IMG/VR virus record: IMGVR_UViG_3300030113_000006
Coordinates: 1,341-65,340 of that record
Source of the DNA: a virus
Lineage: Duplodnaviria; Caudoviricetes
Strand: one strand, 5' to 3'
Length of the DNA stretch: 64,000 nucleotides
Numbering within the stretch: position 1 is the stretch's first letter; each line of letters opens with the position of its first letter. The translations under genes and the position numbers were made by a program. Under the pieces are notes generated by a model. That model was not told where the DNA came from, ran no database searches, and worked only from the letters and a program-made list of their open reading frames with translations. Shown one piece after another: positions 10,910-22,400 of the stretch.

Positions 10910-11806
10910 ATGGCATTTCAACCACAAAATCTAGCAAGGGTATCAGTCTCGACTAACGAGGAAATCACCGATATAATAAATAATCAGGTGATAGATACTG
11001 CTTCTCCTGCTCCTGGTAACCCCGGGTATCCATTATATCTTAAGACTGATTGCAAAGGATGCTTTAGAACATATAATTATTTCTCTAAATGGTATACAGG
11101 AACTACCACTTCTACTGTTGATGGTGATACCCAGGATACAATAGCTAGCCCCGAGTACTTTGATTTGGCGGCAGGAATGTTGCAGGTTGGCGATATTATT
11201 CATGCTTATAGTGCCGCGGATAACACATATATAACTTATAATGTTACCGCAACTCCTACTGTTGCCAACCCTAACGCATCAGTAACCGTTGCTCCTGCTG
11301 TTACAGGAGCAGTGGAAGATAGTGTTGTAACAAATAGCACCGTAACAAACACAAAAATTATTTTCTCTACTATTGCTAATTGTAACTATCAGATTGAAAC
11401 CCATGGACCATTTAGTGGTAATGATTTGTTAAATTTATCTACAACTCCAATACAAATAATTGCAGGCGTACCTAATACAATCATAATAATCAATAGCGTT
11501 GTTTTTTGTTCTTCTGATGGTGCTGGGTTTACTGGCGGTTCAAACATATGGCTTGGTTATTATTATGTTGATAGCGGTACGCCCACAACTGTTCCAGCAT
11601 CTACCTATGTGAATCCAACCATATTAACAGGAACTAATAGCCGTATATCTATAGAAGGTTTTGCCCCTTTCGTAACCACTTATGCTACATCTAGCATTGT
11701 TGGGGTTGGAATATATTTAATGACGGGTTCACCATTTATTTCCGCCGGCACGAAAGAATTAGAACTAATTGTAAACTATAGTTTATATCCAGCATTAAAA
11801 TTTTAA
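10910..11806 (+). CDS. Putative decoration/structural protein, paralog 2
   Basis: MAFQPQNLARVS.S.NEEI...GCFR.YNYFSK...GD.Q..I....YF...A..LQVGD.I, closely similar to 11834. Confidence 0.6.
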   Translation: MAFQPQNLARVSVSTNEEITDIINNQVIDTASPAPGNPGYPLYLKTDCKGCFRTYNYFSKWYTGTTTSTVDGDTQDTIASPEYFDLAAGMLQVGDIIHAYSAADNTYITYNVTATPTVANPNASVTVAPAVTGAVEDSVVTNSTVTNTKIIFSTIANCNYQIETHGPFSGNDLLNLSTTPIQIIAGVPNTIIIINSVVFCSSDGAGFTGGSNIWLGYYYVDSGTPTTVPASTYVNPTILTGTNSRISIEGFAPFVTTYATSSIVGVGIYLMTGSPFISAGTKELELIVNYSLYPALKF

Positions 11807-11833
11807 CAATTTAAATTATCAAGGAGCGATAAA

Positions 11834-12601
11834 ATGCCTTTTCAAATACAAAATTTTTCAAGAGTATCCAAGTCTGCTAATGAAGAAATTAATAACATAC
11901 AAGATGTTGTTAATGTAGATTCAAATGGTAATAGACTACTTATTGGTGTTGGCGGATGCTTCCGTGAATATAACTATTTTTCTAAAACCTACTCTGGCGG
12001 AATTCCAGGTGGCGCAGCAGCAACCGCGTCCGGCGATAGCCAAGGAGCAATTTATCAGGTTAGCTATTTTAATGCGGTAGCTAGCGATCTTCAAGTTGGA
12101 GATTTAATAAACGTATATAGCTATGCAGACAATTCTTATGCGGTATATGCGGTACTTACTACTATTACACAAGCAAATCCTAATGGTAATGTTACCCTTG
12201 GAATGGTTAAGAACGCCAAGAGTGTCATATATATTTCACCAGCACAAATTTTAGCTCTTAATGCAACTCCAGTCGTTATGGTTAACGGTGGAAATAATTA
12301 TCTTGTTAGCGTTAATAATGTTTGCTTTACTATAGCCTCTAGTAGTGTTGCATATGCTGGTGGAGCACCAGTATTTTTAAACTATAACGGTGGCGGTAAT
12401 GCTTTAACTGGCACTACAAGTGTACCAGCAGCATTCTTTACTGGTGGTGTTAACGGATTGGTAACCGCTAACGGTGTAGCTCCGGCTGCCGCTAATGCAA
12501 ACCAAAATATAGTATTAACAACTGCCACAGCATTTACTGGCGCAGCAGGTGTTAAACCAATGTTTGTAAGTATAGATTACACTGTATATCCATTCTTTTG
12601 A
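11834..12601 (+). CDS. Putative decoration/structural protein, paralog 3
   Basis: Similar to 10910 along its length (GCFREYNYFSK, LQVGDLI, L.L..TP..., Y.VYP). Confidence 0.6.
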   Translation: MPFQIQNFSRVSKSANEEINNIQDVVNVDSNGNRLLIGVGGCFREYNYFSKTYSGGIPGGAAATASGDSQGAIYQVSYFNAVASDLQVGDLINVYSYADNSYAVYAVLTTITQANPNGNVTLGMVKNAKSVIYISPAQILALNATPVVMVNGGNNYLVSVNNVCFTIASSSVAYAGGAPVFLNYNGGGNALTGTTSVPAAFFTGGVNGLVTANGVAPAAANANQNIVLTTATAFTGAAGVKPMFVSIDYTVYPFF

Positions 12602-12700
12602 TCGTACATTTAGCGCAAATACGATTGCAGAGTGATGTGGTTTGTAATTTATAGATTGCAGCATGTGATTGATAGAATAATATAATTTACAGGATGTAAT

Positions 12701-13297
12701 ATGGCTTTCACTAGGGTACAGATTATCTCGCACGCTCTTACCCTGATGGGTAGAAAGCCTATTACATCTTTATCACAACAATCTGACATAGTAAATAGTG
12801 CCGACCAAGCGTTTGATTTACTATTAACCTCGGCAATATCAATTGGATTTTGGCGGTTTGCTACTACTATTGCCGTCTTGCAAAAATTAAATATAACTCC
12901 AGTGGGTGGTTATTGGGCGTACGCTTACAGCCTGCCAGCTGATTATCTTAAGATGGTCCACTTATGGCCGCAATTATATGACTTTGAGATATATCAAGAT
13001 GCACAATTATACACCAGTTTCAACAACAGCAATCAACCTTTATATATAGAGTATAATTTCTTGCCTCCTGAGACTATGTTGCCAGCTTACTTTATCAAAT
13101 ACTTTTGTTACGAACTAGCATGTCACCTAGCACTTAGTAATGCTCAATTGCCAGATTATACTCAAGAATTAGAACGCAAAAGGGTAATTGAATTATCCAT
13201 AGCACAAGCAGCTGATACTCAAAATAGACCACAAAGCCCATTGAGATCACAACCAATGGTAGCTTTAAGGTTTGTATCTTCTTTTGCATCTGGGTAA
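12701..13297 (+). CDS. Tail tubular protein A (T7 gp11-like)
   Basis: I...AL..MG..PI.SL, WRFAT, W.YAY.LP.DYL, P.YF......LA; size and position. Confidence 0.85.
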   Translation: MAFTRVQIISHALTLMGRKPITSLSQQSDIVNSADQAFDLLLTSAISIGFWRFATTIAVLQKLNITPVGGYWAYAYSLPADYLKMVHLWPQLYDFEIYQDAQLYTSFNNSNQPLYIEYNFLPPETMLPAYFIKYFCYELACHLALSNAQLPDYTQELERKRVIELSIAQAADTQNRPQSPLRSQPMVALRFVSSFASG

Positions 13298-13336
13298 TAT
13301 TAGGATGCATACACAATGGTAACAACATGCACCATC

Positions 13337-13499
13337 ATAGAAAGCAGCAACTATAAATTCCCTATAGAAAGCAGTAACAATAAAAATGTAAATAACTCTA
13401 TAGAAATTAGTAACAATAACAATACAAACAGCTTTATAGAAGAAATAACAATGAAAACGCATATAACTTAATAGAAAGCTATAAATATGGAAATGCATA
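13337..13499. repeat. Degenerate tandem array, about 36-bp period (5 copies)
   Basis: ATAGAA(A)..(GT)AACAAT units start at 13337, 13364, 13400, 13436, 13471. Confidence 0.7.
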
Positions 13500-16172
13500 A
13501 TGCCACAAGTAAAATGGGATCAAGTAAACTTTAGTAGAGGACAGCTAGACCCGCGAGTTCAGGTGCGCACCGATTGGCCTAATTATTATAAAGCCGCCAA
13601 AGAAATAACTAATTGTATTTGTATTCCTCAAGGTGGCGTAACCCGCAGGTGGGGTACAGAAGGAGTTACAATACTCGCTACTCCAGCTGACAATTATATG
13701 AACGTAGAAATCTACGCGATGTCTTATTATGAGATAGTGTATCTGTTAGTGTGGGAGGCACAAACACTATCTATATATCTAGAGGGATATGTTGTATCAG
13801 GTATCGCTACAATATATCAACAAGCAGACATACCTAACCTGAGGTTTAGTCAAGTAGAAGATAGAGTAGTTATAACGGATGGATATCATCAACCACAAAT
13901 ATTAAAAAGAGTTGATACAGCTCCAATAAGTGTTACCTATACTATTAATAGTACCATCTTTACTGCTAACGTACCAACTGGTTACGTGATTGGCACAATA
14001 CTGCCAGTTCAACTTGGTGCCTCCTATACTGATATACTCCCAACAACCTCCCCGATGATTTATAAGGGCAGGTATTACTTTATGCGTGTAATTAGCAGTA
14101 GTGGTTTGCCAAACGTACCATCTTCAATTACCTTCCAAGTATTTGGGGTAATTGAAGATGCGGTGACAGTAATGAACCCATACACAGTTGTTGCGGTACC
14201 AGGAGCAGGAGCCACCCTTAGTATAGCAATAGCCAATGTTTGGTCTATACAGGCAATTAATTTTGTAACACTACCTGCTTATGACTTTAGAGCTGATTAT
14301 TTTTCTAATAATATTGTGTTTACCCCAAGTGCTACCGATGCTAACGTAACACCAGATAACCTTGCTCCAGTAACTATAACCTTAAGTAATCCTGGCAATA
14401 CTAATTACCCAGGATTTTATAGTGCACTTGTAGGTGGTGTATTTGCCGGAAACGGTGGTATCCTTAGAATTAAAACAGTAACACCACCAAACTTAATTAG
14501 TGGTGCGGTTATTAAAGCATTTGCTGATACTGGTGGTATTACTGGAGATACAGCATTTATAGGAGAGCCAGCGTGGTCTAACGCGCGTGGATGGCCAAAA
14601 GTTTCCTCTTATTATCAAAATAGGATGATATATGGTAATAGCGTATCAATATCTAACGGGCAATGGTTATCGGTAATAAATAACACTTATGATTTTAATG
14701 ACGCAGAAATAGAACAAGCTGATGACGCTATTAGTTCGTATCCAGCTGGTGGTTCTGGCGGCTACATTCAATCTATAACGTCAGCGCGCTCTCTATTGGT
14801 GCATACTAATAAGGCAAACTATTCAACATCAATTCAAAATGAATCAATCCTTGCGCCTGCAACTTATATGCTTATAGAACACAACAAGTTTGGTGTTGGG
14901 CCATTAGCTCCGGTATATATTGATAATCAATTATTTTTTGTAGATAATAGTGGTAACAACATAATAACCATGACGTGGGATTTTATCCAAGGCAATTACG
15001 TTACCAATAGCGTAAGTATTGCTGCAAGTGGGTTAATTAAGAATCCAGTTGATATGACGGCATTCTCCGAACCAAAGTACCTAGATGGGTTTTATGTGCT
15101 GTTTGTTAATAATGACGGCACTATGTGTATACTGCAAACCCTCAAGGAGGAAGATATACTTGCTTTCTCTTCTATTAATACTACCACCTCACTAGTTGCT
15201 GGACAAAACAATGAATCAACCCAAGTACCTTCACTATATAGAAAGGTTACTGCCGCACAAAATAGATGTTGGTTTTTGGTGGAAAGAACGGTATTACAGG
15301 CAAGCAATGTTATCATGAGAATAACAGGTATAAGTTTGCCAGATTCATCTTTTGTTGTTGCCAGCATTATCGGTTTCCTACAATTAAATAATATCTATAG
15401 ATGCACCTTTGTACCAACTGGTAATAACTATGTATTACCAGTTACTAGCCCTACGGTTACGACAAGCAGCTTCTATTTTATAGTACCAATTACTGCAACG
15501 AAAATATGTATTTATGGCTCACTTAGTGATGCCGCAAATAATACAAACAAGTATGTGCCGTCCTCTGACGCAATAGCCATAGGCAGCAACATTAATGTCC
15601 AAGTATATCTCGAGAAGCAACAATTATTTGTAGAAGAGGTAAGTTTTGACGTTAATACCGACATGACATATCAATTACTTGGCACAGCAGGTACAACTAC
15701 TTCTACCGTCAATTTATCATCTTATATGGGTGGCTATATGAATGGGCAAGTGGTACAAATTGTCGGGGATGGTAATGTGTTAAAATCACAAACAGTCTTC
15801 AACAATAGTATTACTATAGAAAAACCATCAATTATAATAAATATTGGACTACAATATACATCAACATTAATACCATTACCACCAGTTGTACCAGAAAATC
15901 CTGGGATGTTGTTTAATCCAAAACATATAAGGACTGTATATATTAGCTACTATAATACAGCCGGGGCCACCGTACAAGGTTATGGGATCCCAACGCAAAC
16001 CCTGGGTGAAGTAGTAGTAGGTGGAGCACCAGATATAGCTAATGGATTACAAGTATTTACTTATGCACCTATGGAAGGATGGTCAGGCATAAATGTGTCA
16101 GATCTAGTTATTAGCCAATCGCAACCATTACCAATGACCATTGTGGGGTTAAGTTACATAATTGATTTATAA
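13500..16172 (+). CDS. Tail tubular protein B (T7 gp12-like)
   Basis: Q.NFS.G.LDP....R.D...Y, N....PQGG..RR.G, WS..RGWP....YYQNR, C-terminal Q.QPLPMTI. Confidence 0.9.
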   Translation: MPQVKWDQVNFSRGQLDPRVQVRTDWPNYYKAAKEITNCICIPQGGVTRRWGTEGVTILATPADNYMNVEIYAMSYYEIVYLLVWEAQTLSIYLEGYVVSGIATIYQQADIPNLRFSQVEDRVVITDGYHQPQILKRVDTAPISVTYTINSTIFTANVPTGYVIGTILPVQLGASYTDILPTTSPMIYKGRYYFMRVISSSGLPNVPSSITFQVFGVIEDAVTVMNPYTVVAVPGAGATLSIAIANVWSIQAINFVTLPAYDFRADYFSNNIVFTPSATDANVTPDNLAPVTITLSNPGNTNYPGFYSALVGGVFAGNGGILRIKTVTPPNLISGAVIKAFADTGGITGDTAFIGEPAWSNARGWPKVSSYYQNRMIYGNSVSISNGQWLSVINNTYDFNDAEIEQADDAISSYPAGGSGGYIQSITSARSLLVHTNKANYSTSIQNESILAPATYMLIEHNKFGVGPLAPVYIDNQLFFVDNSGNNIITMTWDFIQGNYVTNSVSIAASGLIKNPVDMTAFSEPKYLDGFYVLFVNNDGTMCILQTLKEEDILAFSSINTTTSLVAGQNNESTQVPSLYRKVTAAQNRCWFLVERTVLQASNVIMRITGISLPDSSFVVASIIGFLQLNNIYRCTFVPTGNNYVLPVTSPTVTTSSFYFIVPITATKICIYGSLSDAANNTNKYVPSSDAIAIGSNINVQVYLEKQQLFVEEVSFDVNTDMTYQLLGTAGTTTSTVNLSSYMGGYMNGQVVQIVGDGNVLKSQTVFNNSITIEKPSIIINIGLQYTSTLIPLPPVVPENPGMLFNPKHIRTVYISYYNTAGATVQGYGIPTQTLGEVVVGGAPDIANGLQVFTYAPMEGWSGINVSDLVISQSQPLPMTIVGLSYIIDL

Positions 16173-16238
16173 TTATTGTATGAGGTTTATAAGGATATTA
16201 CTAGCATCGACAATACACGCAATAAAAGGATTTAAACT

Positions 16239-16871
16239 ATGTTTCAGTATATATTGTTAGCTGCACAAGCAGCTGGATTAGTTGCTAACATACTGCAAAC
16301 CAAGAGAGAAAATAAGATTGACAGACAGGGTTTACAAATACAACAAAGAGACCTTGATCTAAGAATGCAGCAAGAACAATTGGCTAGTAGTCAAGAAAGT
16401 TTATACAACATGGCAAGACTACGAGATACGATGGCAAGCCAAAGAGCTATATTTGCTGCACGAGGACAATCATCTGCCCAAGGATCTAATTTTTTTATAG
16501 GTCAAAATTCAATCTCTAGTTTTAATGAAGATGAGCAGGCACGCAAGTTATCATTAAACTTTAGACAGCACTATATCAATGTTAATAAAACCTTAGCATC
16601 CATGGAGACCACGGGAAGAATACATGCAAGAAAAGGTAGATTATTGAGCGAGGTATTAAATACTATTTCATTTAATTCGTTAGGATCGTTTGGTAGTGAT
16701 GGTGGTGGTGTTAATAATACATTACAAGTCATTAGCAAAGGTGGTTGGGATACTGGTCTTAACACCAGGAGTACTCCAGGACCCAAGGGTGGTTGGATAA
16801 CAGGAAGCAACATTAGCAACTCTTGGCGCGATCTTGGTGGTAAGAAAAGTTTTAGCGGGTTAAATGGGTAA
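16239..16871 (+). CDS. Internal virion (ejection) protein, gp14-like
   Basis: Hydrophobic N-terminus, Q-rich helix, QRA.FAARG....GS motif; follows tail tube B. Confidence 0.6.
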   Translation: MFQYILLAAQAAGLVANILQTKRENKIDRQGLQIQQRDLDLRMQQEQLASSQESLYNMARLRDTMASQRAIFAARGQSSAQGSNFFIGQNSISSFNEDEQARKLSLNFRQHYINVNKTLASMETTGRIHARKGRLLSEVLNTISFNSLGSFGSDGGGVNNTLQVISKGGWDTGLNTRSTPGPKGGWITGSNISNSWRDLGGKKSFSGLNG

Positions 16872-16900
16872 TCACAAATATAACAATATAGGGATATATA

Positions 16901-19336
16901 ATGCCAGAATTACCAGAATATAAAAAACAAAGGCATACAGTAGAGCCAGCACCTATCGTTAGTGGTATCCAAAGTACCTATAATAATATGGCTAAAGGTA
17001 CTGAGTGGATTGGTAGGATGGGGGCATCAATAGCACAAAATGCTGCCAATCAACTAGCTACTCTTAAGGGAGAAGAGGAAGCAATTAATAATCCTAATAG
17101 ACAACTGTTTCCAGCATTTACTGAGGCCGATAGTCATTTTGTAAAGGCATTTGAAAATGAGGCATACAATGGGGCGGTACAATCTGCTAACCAATTATTA
17201 CAAAAGCAATATGAAACCGTTCTTAGTCAACCACTAAGTAGTGAATCACTAGCATTGTTTGAAAAAAACAGCGTGGTCGGGTTAGACAACATAATGCAAT
17301 CAGCACCACAAGGAGTGCGTTCTAAACTAAGGCATGATTTAATGGACGCATATAATAGCAATTACTTTCAACTTAGTAAACAGCTAGCACATAAGAATCA
17401 GCAAGAATTAATTGGTAACTTCCACGGACAAATTAATAGAGATTTGCGTTCAATATCTGAGAAAATAAATTTGGGTTTTCCGGACGATGCTAAAAAGATT
17501 AAAGAACGCATGGTAGACAATATTGATGCAGCTGAATCTAATAGACTAATTAGCAAAGAAGACGCAACCAGTTATCGCGAGATGACAGATTTAACATTTA
17601 AAAGCACTCCTTATATAAAAAAAATACGTGACCTTCTTAGTGATAGAGCCGTTGGAGAAAGCAAAGCACTAGAATTTTTAGAAAACTTTGAACGTAATCC
17701 ACCCAAAGGGCTTACGCCAACACAACATAATACCATCGGCAAGATGATGACAGATGAATATCGCCGTGTGGACATGATGATCAAGGGTAACCAACATCTC
17801 AATACCATCCGCATGGATAACGCAAGAAAGGCTGGTACATTAGATGAGGCATCATTACCTGAATGGCACGCCAAGGTGGGGGAAACGAACTTCTTGCATC
17901 AAATAGGATTAGACTTGGTAGAACAACGCAAGAGACAAGTAACCTTGGAAAATGCATTAGATACCGCATTTATAATAGCTAGTGGTGGTTCATCTGCCAA
18001 TATAACTAACGACCAGGCTAAAGATTATTACAATGTATTAGTTGATGAAGCACAACGAACTGGTTCAGCTGTAGATGCTGGCATGGCATATGATATTGCT
18101 AGAAGTATTAATCATGACGGTATACCACTTAAGGATACAATTGAACGAATGGTAACTAGTGGCTCACCAGAAGAAATACAACAAGCATCTGCATTAATAG
18201 CTAGAGATTCAGCAGACAAAAAATCAAAAGTCCTTGTAGGACTAGACAAAGATGCCAAGTTAGTCGCAAGATTATTTACAAACTATTCCTATAATCAAGA
18301 ATTAACACCACAACAAGTGGCCGATAAAGCGCGTTCTGAGGTGTTTGATATTAGTGATAAGACTGCCGAGGAAAGGGAAAAACAATTTGCAAACATAATA
18401 CAAAAAAGGGGCTATAGTGATTCCTTTAGAGTACAAAAAAAAGTATCTAACTTGCTTGACTCAAGCACAAAAGCAATACCATTAGATATGGTTTCAGACT
18501 TTAGGGTGCACCTTAAACAAAATTATAAGAATTGTGGTAATGAGTTGATTGCGGAAGCGCAAACCAAAGAAGATTTATTAAGGATGTATAGTTTAACTAG
18601 AACTAATGGGCCGGCAGAATGGACTAAGGGAGCACCAGAAGATGTTATACCAAAACCATTTGTAGAGGTGCAAAATGAGAAAGCATTAGACCTAATGTCA
18701 TTAATACCAAAAACAAAGAAAGCATATGATGATAAAAATGGTTTTGATTATTATCTGGAGTTACCAGAAGGCGAAATAATTACCCCGGAAGAATGGAGCA
18801 AGCAACTACACCCATCCTTTAGCACCATGGGCGAAATAGAACTTCTTGGACAACCAGTAAAACGTAAGTTTAATATTAAGGAAGATTTATTACAAAAATT
18901 TGATGATATTACTATATACAAGGTAACCAAAGATGGTTTTGGTTACCTTCATAAGGAAAAATGTTGGTTCAAGATTATAGCGGATAATCTTACTGAGTTT
19001 CCAGCACAAGGACAACAACCATCATATCTAGCGGTTATTGTACCTGAGAGTACGGGTAGACCAGAGTTAATAATAAATCCTGACGATACGGCTGATGTAA
19101 TAAGATTTACACCAACTGTCGACCCAGGGCAAGATTTACAATCAAAATTAAATAAGTTTAAAAGCAAATATAGAAGAGGGATGAGAGATTATTACATTAA
19201 TCAATTTGTGGAGTATCAAAGACTTCTTACTGGTATGCGAGAAGGGTTTGAAACACAAGGCGCTGACATTGCTAGATTGTTGTGGGGAGATGAAAATCCA
19301 TTTCACCCTAGAACTACAGATGTAAAAGACGATTAA
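16901..19336 (+). CDS. Internal virion protein, gp15-like
   Basis: 811-aa helical protein in ejectosome position. Confidence 0.5.
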   Translation: MPELPEYKKQRHTVEPAPIVSGIQSTYNNMAKGTEWIGRMGASIAQNAANQLATLKGEEEAINNPNRQLFPAFTEADSHFVKAFENEAYNGAVQSANQLLQKQYETVLSQPLSSESLALFEKNSVVGLDNIMQSAPQGVRSKLRHDLMDAYNSNYFQLSKQLAHKNQQELIGNFHGQINRDLRSISEKINLGFPDDAKKIKERMVDNIDAAESNRLISKEDATSYREMTDLTFKSTPYIKKIRDLLSDRAVGESKALEFLENFERNPPKGLTPTQHNTIGKMMTDEYRRVDMMIKGNQHLNTIRMDNARKAGTLDEASLPEWHAKVGETNFLHQIGLDLVEQRKRQVTLENALDTAFIIASGGSSANITNDQAKDYYNVLVDEAQRTGSAVDAGMAYDIARSINHDGIPLKDTIERMVTSGSPEEIQQASALIARDSADKKSKVLVGLDKDAKLVARLFTNYSYNQELTPQQVADKARSEVFDISDKTAEEREKQFANIIQKRGYSDSFRVQKKVSNLLDSSTKAIPLDMVSDFRVHLKQNYKNCGNELIAEAQTKEDLLRMYSLTRTNGPAEWTKGAPEDVIPKPFVEVQNEKALDLMSLIPKTKKAYDDKNGFDYYLELPEGEIITPEEWSKQLHPSFSTMGEIELLGQPVKRKFNIKEDLLQKFDDITIYKVTKDGFGYLHKEKCWFKIIADNLTEFPAQGQQPSYLAVIVPESTGRPELIINPDDTADVIRFTPTVDPGQDLQSKLNKFKSKYRRGMRDYYINQFVEYQRLLTGMREGFETQGADIARLLWGDENPFHPRTTDVKDD

Positions 19337-19488
19337 CAATAATTATAGTGAGGATAATAAACAAAAAGATTAATAATAACGCTAGCGAACACAATAGATA
19401 AAAATATTAATAATAATTATAGTGAACGTAAATAGATAAGAAGATTAATAATTATAATGGATACAAGTAAACAAAAGGATTAACAATG
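19331..19488. repeat. Degenerate tandem array, about 37-bp period (5 copies)
   Basis: (G/T)ATTAA(C/T)AAT units at 19331, 19368, 19405, 19443, 19478; the first holds the upstream stop codon, the last the downstream ATG. Confidence 0.75.
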
Positions 19489-22400
19489 TTTGTTGGAAGC
19501 AAGGATGCAGAGTTTGGGTTTACTACCGCTAAACATTTGGTAGAGCACGCACAACCTCGCCCATCATTTTGGAGCGAAACACTACCAGCCTACTTTAGTG
19601 AAAACAATATACTAGTAAACAGTTATAGATTTTATAGGGATACTAGTATAGTAGGCAGGTCACCATTACCAGCAAAAGATTTTGAACCATTAACCAAAGA
19701 GACTGTACAAGGTATACCAGAGAACTTTTGGGGATATCTTGCACAATCCGTAAACGAAAAAGATTTAGAGGTAAGAAGAAATAAGATTATACGAGAAATA
19801 AAAGATTTAGATATACGTAAGAGAAGTAGTGGATGGGCGTCATTTGGTGCAGGACTTCTAGAGATGTGGTTCGACCCAACCACATATATACCGTTTGGTA
19901 AGACCGTAAGATATCCTGGCCTATTAGAAGGGGTTGCTAAGAATGCCATTCATGCAGCACCAGTAGCCTTTGGTGGTGCTGCCCTATCTAATGCAGTAAC
20001 TATGGCTACCAAGGAATCCAAAGGGTTAGAGGACTGGATGGTGGAAACCTTTACGCAAGGTGTGCTTGGTTCTTCGGTTGCTGGATTAGCTGGAGGCACA
20101 AAAGCAGGACAATATTTATTAGCTAGAATTGGTATAAAGGCTAGACATGCCGACTTGGAATTAAAGGCAATAATAGCCCCCGAAACAACCAAAAAGTATA
20201 AGAAGGGTGAAATAATAGATATAGTGGCAGCGCCCTCAAAAGATTTATCAACAATAATCAAGAACAAGACTACATCCCAGGGTAATACTACAATAAAAGA
20301 TAATAATATAACTAATAAGACTACCCATGAAATATCAGCTTCTAACGAAACCGCTGGTACTGCTACACCATCACAACAAAGAAGATTAAAGGAATCTATT
20401 GATGAACAAATCAAGAAAGGTACTTTATCTACAGAAGAATTAGTAACCACAAAGGCAGCTGAAATAAATAAATTAATTAAAGATGGTATAGCTACCGTTG
20501 GTGAGAATGCAGTCTTTAGATTCTTGTACAAACCAGCACCAATTGTTAAAGGATTAACTAGCCCGTTTGCAATCTTTCGTAAATTTACTAATGGTATATT
20601 TGATCATAATCTACTACTTGGTAAGATGGAGCATCTAAAACTCAATGAAATAAACACTAAGATACAGGCTGCTAAAAAACTAATTAAAGAATCAACGACA
20701 CCAGAAGAAAAACTAAAGATAGAAGAAGAATTAATTAGATTAAAAGAAGAAAAAAAGGCTATAAAGACAGAAAAGTATGATGCTACCTATGCAGGTACAC
20801 CAGAACAAGAGTTTTCGGCACAAACCATAGCAGCCAAATATATGACTGCTAATTACTTTTGCGAAGTACAAGCAATGGAAATTTGGAAAGAATCTGTGGG
20901 TCTTGGTGGCCCAATATCATCTAAAGTACCATTTGCCCAGACTGCCATTGATGTGCTAAAGAAAATAAGTAAAGAACACGAGAATCAAATATCATTTAAG
21001 ACTTGTCTTGAGGATGCTACCTATTCCTTAAGGCGCGGAGAAGAATCTACTAATCCAGTTGCACAAAAGATAGCACAACTATATAGAAAACATTTATACG
21101 ATCCAATTATGAAAGACTTACAAGAGTTGGGATCCCTGCCTGAGAATCTTACTATAGATACGGCAATAAGTTACGTAAACAGGTTGTATGATAAAGAAAA
21201 AATTAGGGCTAAAGAGAATGACTTTATAGCATTATTAGAAACATTTTATATTGCTCGCGACAATAAGGTTAAAGAATTACTTGCACCAATAGAAATAGCA
21301 GAAAGACAAGTAAAAAATCTAGAAGGTTTATTAAAACAACAAACTGTATACGAAAAAAAATTAATTAAAACCAAAAAAGATACGGCAGCGATCAAGAAAC
21401 TAAGACAACAAACAATTGCAGCAATCGAGGCTAAAAATAAGAAGCTACAAGGGCTTAAGGATACATTACAACATCAAATAGATACTGGTACTCTGCCATT
21501 ATCTACTACAGACAGACAATCAGGTATTACCCAATTATCTTTATTAGATGGTAAACCAACAATAACTAAGGCGCTCCAAGAAGAACACGCAGCACTATTA
21601 AAACCATTAATTGAATCTAAAGATAGATTGGCAAAAATGAGAGAGCAATGGAAACTTGAGAGAAGCAGAGTACAACCTGGAGAAAAAGTAATTTTAGAAG
21701 GAAGCAGGGTACAACCTGAGATTGCTACCAATCAACACCTTAAAGCACGCAAAAAATATCGCAAAGACATTAAGAAACAAAAGAAATTAATTGCCGAAAT
21801 ACAAGAGGGGATACAACAAAAAATTGAAAAAGGAGAAGTGAGCAAGGAGCTATATTATAAGGGTAAAAAAACTGGTAAGAAATATTTATATAATCTACAA
21901 AAAAGGTCCTTGGCTTCGTTAGCTAAGAAGGTTGCAGACTATGAACACCTAGCAAGATGTATAACCGAAACCATTATTGACGAGAATTCCCAACAAATGG
22001 CTGCAAGAATATTTAATGGTATTTCCGGCAAAGGTAACAGTAAACCTAGCGCCCTCAAGGCTAGAACTGTATTGTGTGCTGACCACATACTAGAAAAATA
22101 CCTTATAAATGATATCACTGAGGTTGCTAGTGCTCACGCTGGCAACCTTTCAAATTATATAGCTTTAGAAAATTTTTTTAGACGTAATGGCACTGATGCG
22201 TCTGGTGCAAAAAAATATTTTATTAGAGAACTAAAGACCGAGTACAAGAAGGCAAAAGATTTGCTATATAGACAACCAGATAGCCCTAATAGAGCAAAGA
22301 AGTTACATAATTTACAAAAAGAATTTAATGAAGCAAAAGAGGGAATGGAAGAATTTTTAGATGTATTTAGAGGTGATTACGAAAGGCCAAAAACCAAGAA

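Noticed and set aside
13337-19488. 36-37-bp periodic arrays as CRISPR arrays
   Set aside because: Units are contiguous and degenerate, with no conserved repeat/unique spacer alternation and no cas genes.
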